Shown here: in pieces, positions 21,648 through 29,891 of the stretch
Numbering within the stretch: the stretch's first letter is position 1
How the letters are laid out: each line of letters opens with the position of its first letter
Source: a virus
Length of the DNA stretch: 64,000 bases
Direction: 5' to 3' (one strand)
IMG/VR virus record: IMGVR_UViG_3300034198_004780
Location: 24,727-88,726 of that record
Position numbers and translations under genes: made by a program
The notes under the pieces: generated by a model
The model's input: only the letters and a program-made list of their open reading frames with translations
Database searches by the model: none
What the model was told of the DNA's origin: nothing

Positions 21648-21676
21648 AGTATAGCGTCAACTAGCAAAAAGGTCAA
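21648..21676 (-). promoter_or_regulatory. Sigma70-type promoter
   Basis: TTGACC-17 nt-TATACT. Confidence 0.75.
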
Positions 21677-22083
21677 GTGGTGGTTTGTCCAGCGTCTTCG
21701 GTGTTGTTTTTCAGCGACATGGCCTTGGCAATTCCAAACTTTTGGACATCACCGCTAAACAGTACCAATTGGACAGCAGTTTTTTCTTTGAATACAATTA
21801 TAGATTTTTTGGTTATATAGTATGGACCATCAATAAACCGATCTAGCCAAATGGTAACTTGATTTGTAAGTGTAAATTCTTTTGGAAACTCTATATTGTA
21901 GCTTTTCATATCCATTCGTTCAGTGAATACACTAAATCCCTCATCAGTAAGACGCATGCCGCCTGTTTCTTTCTTACGGGGATTTTGCCAAATAACAACG
22001 TGATTTTTGTTTAAACTTTTTAGATCTGATGGCCAACCTAACTGCTCGCTGACTATTTTGGTTAAAGAATGTTTAACATCCAT
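21673..22083 (-). CDS. Hypothetical protein
   Basis: 136-aa ORF in operon. Confidence 0.65.
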   Translation of the reverse strand: MDVKHSLTKIVSEQLGWPSDLKSLNKNHVVIWQNPRKKETGGMRLTDEGFSVFTERMDMKSYNIEFPKEFTLTNQVTIWLDRFIDGPYYITKKSIIVFKEKTAVQLVLFSGDVQKFGIAKAMSLKNNTEDAGQTTT

Positions 22084-22085
22084 TA

Positions 22086-22367
22086 TTAGAGTCGAGTACC
22101 TGTGGTCAATTTATATACAGCAAAATCGGCGCAGTTAAATAATTCGTTTAATTTTTTAGCAAGATTTATAGCATGCCCAGAATTTGAAAAAGAAATCTTC
22201 TTGTATTTTGGACCTAATTGTTGTGCTACTAAACTTGTGGTTTTTAGATTAACCGGCTTGTCTTTATAAAAAACAGCCCAAATGGCTTCAGCCTCAAGTA
22301 CCTGTTCAGTCTTGTAGGTTTTCTTACTGGTTATTTCTAGAAGCACAATTGGCTTAGGGCGGCTCAT
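22086..22367 (-). CDS. Hypothetical protein
   Basis: 93-aa ORF, AAGGA SD, ATAAATA motif at 22396-22402. Confidence 0.7.
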   Translation of the reverse strand: MSRPKPIVLLEITSKKTYKTEQVLEAEAIWAVFYKDKPVNLKTTSLVAQQLGPKYKKISFSNSGHAINLAKKLNELFNCADFAVYKLTTGTRL

Positions 22368-22412
22368 TCTACGTATCCTTTTATATATACGCAGTTATTT
22401 ATTCAAAAACCG

Positions 22413-22637
22413 CTATAAACTGCCACCATCCATTTTAACAGTAACATCGCCTGATTGTTGTACAGACAGCGCAATAGCATCTAAATCACCGGCTAAACGA
22501 GTCATTACCACTGCTAGACTTTCTTCTAGTAAGGTTGCTTCATCTATTGACAAATTAACTGTCTTTTGACTACTTTTTCGAGCAATTCGAGCCTTTTCGA
22601 GGAACAATTCGATAGGTAAAGTATTGAGTGGTTTCAT
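22413..22637 (-). CDS. Hypothetical protein
   Basis: 74-aa ORF with AAGGA SD. Confidence 0.65.
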   Translation of the reverse strand: MKPLNTLPIELFLEKARIARKSSQKTVNLSIDEATLLEESLAVVMTRLAGDLDAIALSVQQSGDVTVKMDGGSL

Positions 22638-22638
22638 T

Positions 22639-23121
22639 CTAGTCCTTGCTTACAGAGTTAAGTATCGAACGCATTTCTAATTCGGTCTTAAATGGGCCTT
22701 GAAATGGATAGCGTTCCAGTGTAATCAGTTTGGGACAAAATGATTTAACCCAACCTTTACGGAATTTAATTACATAATACCCAGCACAATACAAGCTCTT
22801 GCTCTTTGAGCTTTTGGCATAAATTGGCAACTTTTTCTTAACGTTCCATAGTGGACTAAACGCTCGTCCGTTCATTGGAAAACCATAAATGTCTTGAGAA
22901 GTTATAGTTGGCCGTGTTGTCTTTTCTTTTTTAATAGCATCTTCTGTGATAGTGATGCCGAATCGTTCTTTAATTTCTGTAAGATCACCTACTTCAATTT
23001 TTTGACCTCGACAAAGAACGCTGTAGCCTTTTTTCTCTTTGCTAAGAGTGCCAACTTTTTCACCATCGGTCTCTAGAATCCAAAATTTATTTGGAATTAA
23101 TACTTTGGCAGTTGTTATCAT
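22639..23121 (-). CDS. Hypothetical protein
   Basis: 160-aa ORF, ATGA overlap with the nuclease gene. Confidence 0.7.
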   Translation of the reverse strand: MITTAKVLIPNKFWILETDGEKVGTLSKEKKGYSVLCRGQKIEVGDLTEIKERFGITITEDAIKKEKTTRPTITSQDIYGFPMNGRAFSPLWNVKKKLPIYAKSSKSKSLYCAGYYVIKFRKGWVKSFCPKLITLERYPFQGPFKTELEMRSILNSVSKD

Positions 23122-24110
23122 TTATGATACCTCGCATTTAATGGATCTGAATAACTCTGTGCCTGTTCACTTACCTTAATCAAATCGTAGGTAGCACAGA
23201 ATTTAATAAGTCTAATACCCACTTGACTGATATTCTTTTCTTTAGCAATTTCTGCTTTAATAGTATCTTCAATCCACATTTTTGGTTCTGCTGGATGTGC
23301 CTTAAGATCGCATAAGGTAACATTGCGAGCGTAGTCATCTAACACACGATGCTCTTTACCTTCATGATCGGTCCAACGCTGCAGCATCATGTTATTCCAT
23401 GCCCAGCCTTTAGTGTTGCGATCAGCATAGGCCTCTTGCAATCCTACTTTGTTTTTTGTGCCTTTTGTGCGGACACCCGGATACGCTGAGAAGACGTTAT
23501 CGCTAGTATCCCCTCGCATGCATTTTTCAAAGAGAAGCCATTCAGGATCCGGCGCTGGTTTTTCTTCATTAGTTTTTTTATCTTTAACTCTTTTGCCTTT
23601 TTCATCAAAGTACCCTTCGTGTGTAGTAGTAACTCCAGTAACGCCATTATACTGTTTTACGTTAGGTGCAATAAGTTGTGCAAAGTCGCCATCTGTACTA
23701 ATGATAACATGATTGTCATCGGGATGTGCAGCAACCCAACCTGCAATTAGATCATCTGCTTCTAGATTAGCGTGTTGTAGAACTGTACAGTTTGTCTTTT
23801 CGTGTATGTAATCTTTAAAATCATCAAAGGTTTCCCAAAAGATTTTATCTTCTTCTGCATCTCTAGGACTCAGCGCATCACGAGCAACTTGTCGATTACG
23901 CTTGTATGGCTCGTAGTAATCCTTACGCCATGAGCGCCCCTCTAAACAAAAGATCACATGACTACCGTCAAAGTCTTTCCACGCTTTGCGTACAGAGTTT
24001 AGAATTACATGTAGACTCATTCCTACCTTTTCGCTAATGTCGCCACGTACTACATGACGAGCTCTAAAAAAAACATTTGCAGTATCGATTAATAAGTAAG
24101 TTTTATTCAT
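23118..24110 (-). CDS. rnh: T4 RNase H-like 5'-3' exonuclease / flap nuclease
   Basis: LLIDTAN, SWRK...YKRNR, LEADD, STDGDF, GDTSDNV motifs. Confidence 0.9.
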   Translation of the reverse strand: MNKTYLLIDTANVFFRARHVVRGDISEKVGMSLHVILNSVRKAWKDFDGSHVIFCLEGRSWRKDYYEPYKRNRQVARDALSPRDAEEDKIFWETFDDFKDYIHEKTNCTVLQHANLEADDLIAGWVAAHPDDNHVIISTDGDFAQLIAPNVKQYNGVTGVTTTHEGYFDEKGKRVKDKKTNEEKPAPDPEWLLFEKCMRGDTSDNVFSAYPGVRTKGTKNKVGLQEAYADRNTKGWAWNNMMLQRWTDHEGKEHRVLDDYARNVTLCDLKAHPAEPKMWIEDTIKAEIAKEKNISQVGIRLIKFCATYDLIKVSEQAQSYSDPLNARYHK

Positions 24111-24116
24111 TCTTTT

Positions 24117-24145
24117 ATTGTACTAGATTTCTCAAATAATGTCAA
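24117..24145 (-). promoter_or_regulatory. Sigma70-type promoter, probably giving a leaderless rnh mRNA
   Basis: TTGACA-17 nt-TACAAT with ATG 6 nt downstream. Confidence 0.8.
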
Positions 24146-24150
24146 TAACA

Positions 24151-24223
24151 TTGATAAATAAAGGTGCCCCTCGCGATACTCGAAATATCCAGGAGCTCTA
24201 ACAGTTAAAAGGAACTATCAGCA
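24151..24223 (+). promoter_or_regulatory. Late promoter plus conserved structured leader, copy 1
   Basis: TTGATAAATA followed by a leader nearly identical to 28535-28607, with a compensatory base-pair change. Confidence 0.7.
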
Positions 24224-24826
24224 ATGACTATTTACACCCTCTACATAAAGACCCATAATAAAACCGGTCTTAAATACCTTGGTCAAACTACATCAAAAGA
24301 TCCACACAAATATCCTGGATCTGGATTATATTGGAAAGCTCATTTGAATAAACATGGATATGATTATAACACGGAAATCCTACACGAATGCCAATCTAAA
24401 GAAGAATTAAAAGAACGAGGTTTATATTACAGTAATCTTTGGAATATAGTAGAAAGTAATAACTGGGCTAATCTTAAAGAAGAACAAGGCGACGGTGGTA
24501 GGCAAAGTGAAGCAGTTAGAAAACGAATTAGTGAAACAGGCAAAGGTAGAATACCTTGGAACAAAGGCAAACAAATATGGTCCGAAGAAGAAAAGATCAA
24601 AATCGGAGAACGCAATAAAGCACGTGGACCGCAATCTGCAGAAACTATTGCTAAACGTGTAGAAAAAACTACAGGTAAAAAAAGAACTGATGAACAAAAA
24701 CAGCGATCTTCTGATGCACAAAAAGGAAGAGAATTAACTGAAGAGCACAAGGCTAAATTAAAAGCGGCGGCACAAAATAGAATTGCACCGCCGTGGAACA
24801 AGGGACTTAAAAAAAAGTCTAGCTAA
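24224..24826 (+). mobile_element. Free-standing GIY-YIG homing endonuclease with NUMOD3-like repeats
   Basis: LYIKTH...KYLGQT...YPGSG...E...WANL nuclease domain; basic helical repeats and PWNKG twice; antisense to flanking operon. Confidence 0.85.
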
Positions 24827-25196
24827 TCTCTGACTTTCCGTTAGGCAATTTGTTTACATTAATATAACCCGAACCTCTACGATCCATTCCGGGTACGTTT
24901 TCTTCACTGCCTACTTCACGACATAAATCACTAAACCACTGATCTACAAGTTCTTCATCTGTAGTGCCAGTGTATCCATTGTTTCTTAACATCGACACAA
25001 AATACTCATTCCAGTCAAGTTCAAAAAAGCCATTCTTTGGATTTTCTGGATTTACGTGAGTTTGTAAAACGGTTACCCACGGCTCCTTATTGGCAGTTGC
25101 TGCCGTCTTCGGATCTGCTGGACTAGCGTCTACTCGATACTTTTCAGCTTCTTTTGTTTTTTTTGACTTGAACAAGTCTTTAATTTTTTCTAACAT
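24819..25196 (-). CDS. Hypothetical protein
   Basis: 125-aa ORF; stop overlaps the endonuclease stop. Confidence 0.7.
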   Translation of the reverse strand: MLEKIKDLFKSKKTKEAEKYRVDASPADPKTAATANKEPWVTVLQTHVNPENPKNGFFELDWNEYFVSMLRNNGYTGTTDEELVDQWFSDLCREVGSEENVPGMDRRGSGYINVNKLPNGKSEIS

Positions 25197-25459
25197 ATCT
25201 TACCTTTTATTATTGCTACCAAAAATTCTTCTTTAGTCAACCAGTAATTTTCAAAAACTGGTGTACCTGGTCCTGTCCAAACAGCTTCACCATGATACCC
25301 CAATTTTAACCAAATCCAGCAACCACTTATTAAACAGCGATGCGGCCACCATGCAAATGTTAATCGCCATTGTGCTTTTCTAAAAAAAGCATCATACCAA
25401 TCTCTTGTTTCAAATGGGATCGGCATATTATATCCAACTAGCCGCTCTAGCAATTCCAA
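25190..25459 (-). CDS. Trp-rich hypothetical protein
   Basis: 89-aa ORF; true start may be the internal MPIP. Confidence 0.55.
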   Translation of the reverse strand: MELLERLVGYNMPIPFETRDWYDAFFRKAQWRLTFAWWPHRCLISGCWIWLKLGYHGEAVWTGPGTPVFENYWLTKEEFLVAIIKGKIC

Positions 25460-25691
25460 CTAATCCAACTAAAATCCAAAATGCGTTTAATAATGTATAA
25501 GCCGCATCTTTTTTCAAGGTAGCACAATATGTTAATAATATTGCATCTATGGTATTAAACACCCACACAAACATAAATGGACTATCTGGTCCTAACCAAG
25601 ATACTAAGCTAAAACTAATGATACGCATAACAACCCCAATCATTTCAAATTGAGGGATATGCGTATTAATATAATTTAAAACAAATTTCAT
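25428..25691 (-). CDS. Small three-TM membrane protein
   Basis: Three hydrophobic segments; abuts the queE stop. Confidence 0.65.
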   Translation of the reverse strand: MKFVLNYINTHIPQFEMIGVVMRIISFSLVSWLGPDSPFMFVWVFNTIDAILLTYCATLKKDAAYTLLNAFWILVGLVGIARAASWI

Positions 25692-26564
25692 TTAAGTTCC
25701 CCACTCATTCTTGAAAAGCGGCACCTGAAGCCTATCACTATATCTTAGGCCATTTTTCATAGCTATCAACGCCACTGCCTTATTATTCAGAGCGTATACA
25801 CTTTCAACGCCTCCGACCGGCATTAAGTAGACATGACCTGTAAATCCAGCGGCACGATATTCACTTGCGGCTTTAAGAGCATAATCACAATCTTCTTCAG
25901 TAGCAATAACAAATTTAAGATAGGTAGTACCTACTTGTTCATACTCACATACAACTTCTGGGCGAATAGCTTCTTCCCACTTTTCACCACTGCAAGGAAG
26001 TTTAGCACTGACACTAAATGTAATCTCACGATCAATGCCATAAGCGTTGCGCCATTTAGTTAGATAGTCTTTAAATTCTGGAGTTAGCTTTTGAGTACCA
26101 TTTGTTTCAAAAGTAATCTCTTTTAATCCCTTCATTTTAAGATTGTCAAGCAGGTCTGGATAAGCACGTTGCCAGCCTAGCAAAGGTTCACCGCCTGTAA
26201 TAACCAAATGTTCATCTAACCATTCATTGTGCGGTAGAATTTCCATAATGCGATCTGCAAGTTCATTTGAACTTTCTTTAATAACAAATTTTTTAAATTC
26301 GGGATATATAGAACTATAACTATCGCATCCAGTTTTTGCCAACGGTAAATCTTTAAATGTTTTATATTGATCAATATTTTTAATAAACTCAACAACTTCT
26401 GGATTATGCGTTTCGTCAACACCGAGAATGTCTTTTTCGTATCTTCCAAAATTTTTACAACGGAAGTTGCAACCAAACATACGAAGGAACACACTCGGGA
26501 CACCCATATATCGACCTTCTCCTTGTATGCTGTAAAATAGCTCTGTATAATGTAATTTTGACAT
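25692..26564 (-). CDS. queE: 7-carboxy-7-deazaguanine (CDG) synthase, radical SAM
   Basis: ELFYSIQGEG...FLRMFGCNFRC...GCDS, VITGGEP, ETNGT, VYLMP. Confidence 0.88.
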   Translation of the reverse strand: MSKLHYTELFYSIQGEGRYMGVPSVFLRMFGCNFRCKNFGRYEKDILGVDETHNPEVVEFIKNIDQYKTFKDLPLAKTGCDSYSSIYPEFKKFVIKESSNELADRIMEILPHNEWLDEHLVITGGEPLLGWQRAYPDLLDNLKMKGLKEITFETNGTQKLTPEFKDYLTKWRNAYGIDREITFSVSAKLPCSGEKWEEAIRPEVVCEYEQVGTTYLKFVIATEEDCDYALKAASEYRAAGFTGHVYLMPVGGVESVYALNNKAVALIAMKNGLRYSDRLQVPLFKNEWGT

Positions 26565-27350
26565 TCAAATCCTTTTTTGTTTAATGATACCATAATCTTC
26601 AAACGTCTTTCCAATATACGGAAAAAAATCTTTATGAAAATAGCAAAATCGTTTAGTTATTATAGCATTATTATCTAACACAGTCAATGTATTTTTAGTA
26701 AATGTTGGATACAATTTTAACAAATCATCGCTGTTTTCACAAAACCCTAACGGTGTTTTATATGAATACTTCGATGCGGCTAAACTCCTACTTCGTAATC
26801 CCTGTTTTACTTTTCTTGGCCGTTTGCTTGCGGCCTGTTTTTTAAGTTTGGTTTCTTTTGAGTCTTTTCTATTTTTGGCCAACGCTTCATATAAAATTCC
26901 ATTATACATGTCAAATAATTTTTTAGGAATTCTTTTAACTTCGTTCGTATATAGGTGTTTTGCTACTACTGTATTTTTGCTATAATTACTAACAACCTTT
27001 GCGTGTTCCTCTCTAATATAAGCATAAACCCTGCTGGTAATTTTATAATCACGTTGAACATCACCGGTTGTTGAATACACCATTTTGTGTAACGCTTTAA
27101 TCATTTTAGGACTGTTAGTTGCCCTTGCCAATAACAGATGAGCAATATAGTGTTGTCTAGCACCTAATTTAATAAGATTGTTTTTATTGTTGGTACCATT
27201 AAAAGAACGAGGAATGATATGATGATTTTCAATGTAACCATCAAATTTAATATTTTTATAATAGTTGATAAATTTTAGATAGCGTTCTATGATGTATTCT
27301 TTGGGAAGAATAGAATTTTTGAGAAGGTATTGTTTAATGTCATCAGACAT
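26565..27350 (-). mobile_element. Free-standing HNH homing endonuclease
   Basis: ENHHIIPRS...NNLIKLGARQHYIAHLLL; AT-rich; start reassigned to ATG 27350 after GGAG SD. Confidence 0.8.
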
Positions 27351-27435
27351 ATAAGATACTCCAGTAAAGTAATAAGGGGCTATCTGCGTTACTGGCACAG
27401 AAGGAGGATCAGTCCGTTCACCCAATATTATTTAT
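27351..27435 (-). promoter_or_regulatory. Late promoter plus structured leader with SD pseudoknot
   Basis: ATAAATA, then stem UCUGUG/CGCAGA whose loop CCAGUAA is complementary to UUACUGG overlapping the SD. Confidence 0.6.
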
Positions 27436-27632
27436 TATTCTGCCCTTCCGCTAGTGCATGAATCACTCCACGTATCTGCCGCTTGTTTTTGATACTGCGC
27501 CAAATCCCATTTATCCTTAGCCGCTTTGTAGGCATCTTCAGTTAATCCATGCCAACCGCAACAATCACCTGTGGGGCTACGGCCACAACCACAAGATCCA
27601 ATCTTACCATTTTCATTTGCTCTAACCTGCAT
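27435..27632 (-). CDS. CDGSH-like iron-sulfur/zinc-finger microprotein
   Basis: CGCGRSPTGDCCGWH resembles the CxCxxSxxxPxCDGSH motif. Confidence 0.6.
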   Translation of the reverse strand: MQVRANENGKIGSCGCGRSPTGDCCGWHGLTEDAYKAAKDKWDLAQYQKQAADTWSDSCTSGRAE

Positions 27633-28162
27633 TATTTTTCACCTTTTAAGCTGTCCATAATTACTCTGCGTTCTTTATTATACACTTGTTTTTGAAGAAA
27701 AGCAACAAACTCGTCGTGTTCCATTTTCTCTGCTTTATTTAGAATATTTTGGCAAGCCCGCAAATAATACCTACGACGAGCGGCTTTGGTAACACCTTTT
27801 TCATTTTCTACCGTAAATTGAAAAGTTCGAACCAACGCCTCTGCTGCCTCACTGGGTTTACCGTGCCATTCCACGTCACCGTCATTGGTAATAATTAGTA
27901 CTTCTTTATTTCCAGATGTAGTAAATGTAATTGCATTTTTAGCAGGAGCAAGATTACCAATAGTTATTCCAGAATTGGCCCAGTTATATCCAGATCCTGC
28001 TCCGCTTAATGTATATGCCGGCAACGATGATATAGTTGTTCCTACTGCTCCAGTGCTGCACCAAGTAAACTCTATAGGTTTAATCTGCTCGATAGTTCGG
28101 CGATTTATAGTTTCCCTTCCCCGGGATCGTATTGCGGACACCACCAATCGGATCTTCAACAT
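27632..28162 (-). CDS. Hypothetical protein, start uncertain
   Basis: Open frame fills the gap below HIT; nearest in-frame ATG (28162) lies inside HIT. Confidence 0.5.
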   Translation of the reverse strand: MLKIRLVVSAIRSRGRETINRRTIEQIKPIEFTWCSTGAVGTTISSLPAYTLSGAGSGYNWANSGITIGNLAPAKNAITFTTSGNKEVLIITNDGDVEWHGKPSEAAEALVRTFQFTVENEKGVTKAARRRYYLRACQNILNKAEKMEHDEFVAFLQKQVYNKERRVIMDSLKGEK

Positions 28163-28487
28163 CACCCTTTCTGCGAGGGATAAGATGGATATGGGGCCAT
28201 CCAACAGTTTGACCAGCAGTTTCGCCTTGATTAAGTCCAACATTGAAACCGTCCCATTCTCCGGCCGCCACCATTCTTTTACCTTCTCTAACAGCATCTT
28301 CAAATGCATCATTTAACAACTCCATTGAATTATATTTAGGTACGAATAATAAATGTCCAGGGGTACAGGGATATTTGTCATAATACACTACAACATGAAA
28401 ATCTTCACGAAACACATTATCCCACGGTGCGCTACTTTCCTCTAGCGTATCTGGACCGTCAAATATCTTATTGTTCATTTTGTCCAC
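28080..28487 (-). CDS. HIT-family nucleotide hydrolase
   Basis: DKYPCTPGHLLFVPK, GFNVGLN, AGQTVGWPHIHLIPR (first triad His replaced by Trp). Confidence 0.88.
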   Translation of the reverse strand: MDKMNNKIFDGPDTLEESSAPWDNVFREDFHVVVYYDKYPCTPGHLLFVPKYNSMELLNDAFEDAVREGKRMVAAGEWDGFNVGLNQGETAGQTVGWPHIHLIPRRKGDVEDPIGGVRNTIPGKGNYKSPNYRAD

Positions 28488-28500
28488 CTTAATTTACTTT

Positions 28501-28529
28501 ATTATTACATAGAACTAAAAACAAGTCAA
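28501..28529 (-). promoter_or_regulatory. Sigma70-type promoter
   Basis: TTGACT-17 nt-AATAAT upstream of HIT. Confidence 0.65.
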
Positions 28530-28534
28530 ATATA

Positions 28535-28607
28535 TTGATAAATAAAAGTGCCCCTCGCGATGCGCCAACATCCAGGAGCTCTAACAGTTTATAAGGAACT
28601 ATCAGCA
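28535..28607 (+). promoter_or_regulatory. Late promoter plus conserved structured leader, copy 2
   Basis: Direct repeat of 24151-24223. Confidence 0.7.
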
Positions 28608-29339
28608 ATGACTATTTACAACCTCTATGTAAAGACCCATAATAAAACCGGTCTTAAATATCTCGGACAAACTACCAAAAAAGATCCCCATAAGTATCCC
28701 GGTTCGGGAAAGTATTGGACAGCTCATTTAAACAAGCATGGTTATGATTATACTACAGAAGTTCTTCACGAGTGTCAATCTAAAGAGGAATTAAAAGAAC
28801 AAGGATTGCATTACAGCAATATTTGGAATGTTGTAGAAAGTGCCGAATGGGCCAACCTAAAACCTGAAAGCGGCGACGGTGGTGACATGTCTATGTGTAA
28901 ATCTTTTATTGAGGGAATTAAAAATAGAAAGATGCCATCGAGAAAAGGTATACCAAGGACTAAAGAGACTTGTGCTAATATAAGCAAGGCAAAAAAAGGT
29001 AAAATGCCAAAAAATCTAGATTTATTTACCCAATCATCAACAGATACCATATGGTATCATAATCCAATTACTGGAGAACACAGTAGGATTAAACAAGGTA
29101 ATATTGCTCCTCGAGGATTTATAAAAGGAAACATTCGAGGTTCAAAAAGTAATACCGATAATCCACGCAACCCTACTCCGGTACGTTGTGTTGAACTTTC
29201 TATGGATTTTCCTACCCTTAAATCAGCCGCTCAGTTTGCTAATCTAAAATGTCCGAGAGATATTGTTGATTCTATAATAGGTCGAAATCAAAGAAAAACC
29301 GCCGGAGGATACCATTGGCAGTTTTTATCTAAAGATTAA
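28608..29339 (+). mobile_element. Free-standing GIY-YIG homing endonuclease with NUMOD1-like C-terminus
   Basis: Start reassigned to ATG 28608. First ~90 aa closely match 24224-24826; C-terminal PVRCVEL...KTAGGYHWQF. Confidence 0.85.
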
Positions 29340-29891
29340 TTATTTCATCCAGAAGTTTTCATAAGGGAAGTCGACCCAGACATCATCCTCAGCTTTATTA
29401 ACTTCAATGCCCCAGTAGTCCATTTTAACATCGCACTTGCTGGCAAGATTATCTACAACTACTGCAAAACGTACATTGTTATTCCAAATGTTATTCCAAC
29501 GCGGATCTGACGGTAAACAACCACTGCGCCAATCTTCCATAATCCAATTAAGTGTGGCGCCACTGTCGTTGATGTCATCTACTATGAGAATATTTTTGCC
29601 TCTCGTGCTACGTGGAGTATCACCGTCGTAGGTGTCACCGGTATATCCAAACGCATCTTCCGCCATCCAAAGATTGCTTTCTGGCCCAAGTTCAGAGGCA
29701 TTATCTCGTAGACTAACACCCAAAGCAAACATAGGTACATTGAAATAATGACTGATCATAACAGCAGGCAATAACCCACCACGGGTAAGACCTACTACAT
29801 AGTCGGGACGCCATTCGCTGACGGCAATATCTCTACAGATTTTACCCATTTGAAATTGAAACTCTTGCCAACTGATTTTATTTTTGTTCAT
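29340..29891 (-). CDS. Type I phosphoribosyltransferase (xanthine/guanine PRT-like)
   Basis: VVGLTRGGLLPA, PRPP-binding ILIVDDINDSGATL, WVDFPYE. Confidence 0.85.
   Translation of the reverse strand: MNKNKISWQEFQFQMGKICRDIAVSEWRPDYVVGLTRGGLLPAVMISHYFNVPMFALGVSLRDNASELGPESNLWMAEDAFGYTGDTYDGDTPRSTRGKNILIVDDINDSGATLNWIMEDWRSGCLPSDPRWNNIWNNNVRFAVVVDNLASKCDVKMDYWGIEVNKAEDDVWVDFPYENFWMK

Noticed and set aside
24160-24223. Leader as a tRNA or group I intron
   Set aside because: No cloverleaf or T-arm, no recognisable intron core, and flanking genes are uninterrupted.
27400-27420. CUGAU in the HNH leader as a hammerhead ribozyme core
   Set aside because: Reads CUGAUCC, not CUGANGA, and no GAAA/NUH partner is placed correctly.
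28107-28113. G-GGA-AAC slippery heptamer near the HIT 3' end, as a possible fusion to the downstream ORF
   Set aside because: A -1 shift meets TAA two codons after the shift site (GGG AAA CTA TAA); the downstream ORF is in the +1 frame.
28163-28312. ORF-track N-terminal extension of 27632-28312
   Set aside because: Lies wholly within the well-supported HIT gene; probably not translated.
28548-28607. GTG-start extension of the second GIY-YIG ORF
   Set aside because: It is the leader repeat; the paralog starts at the equivalent ATG after AAGGA.
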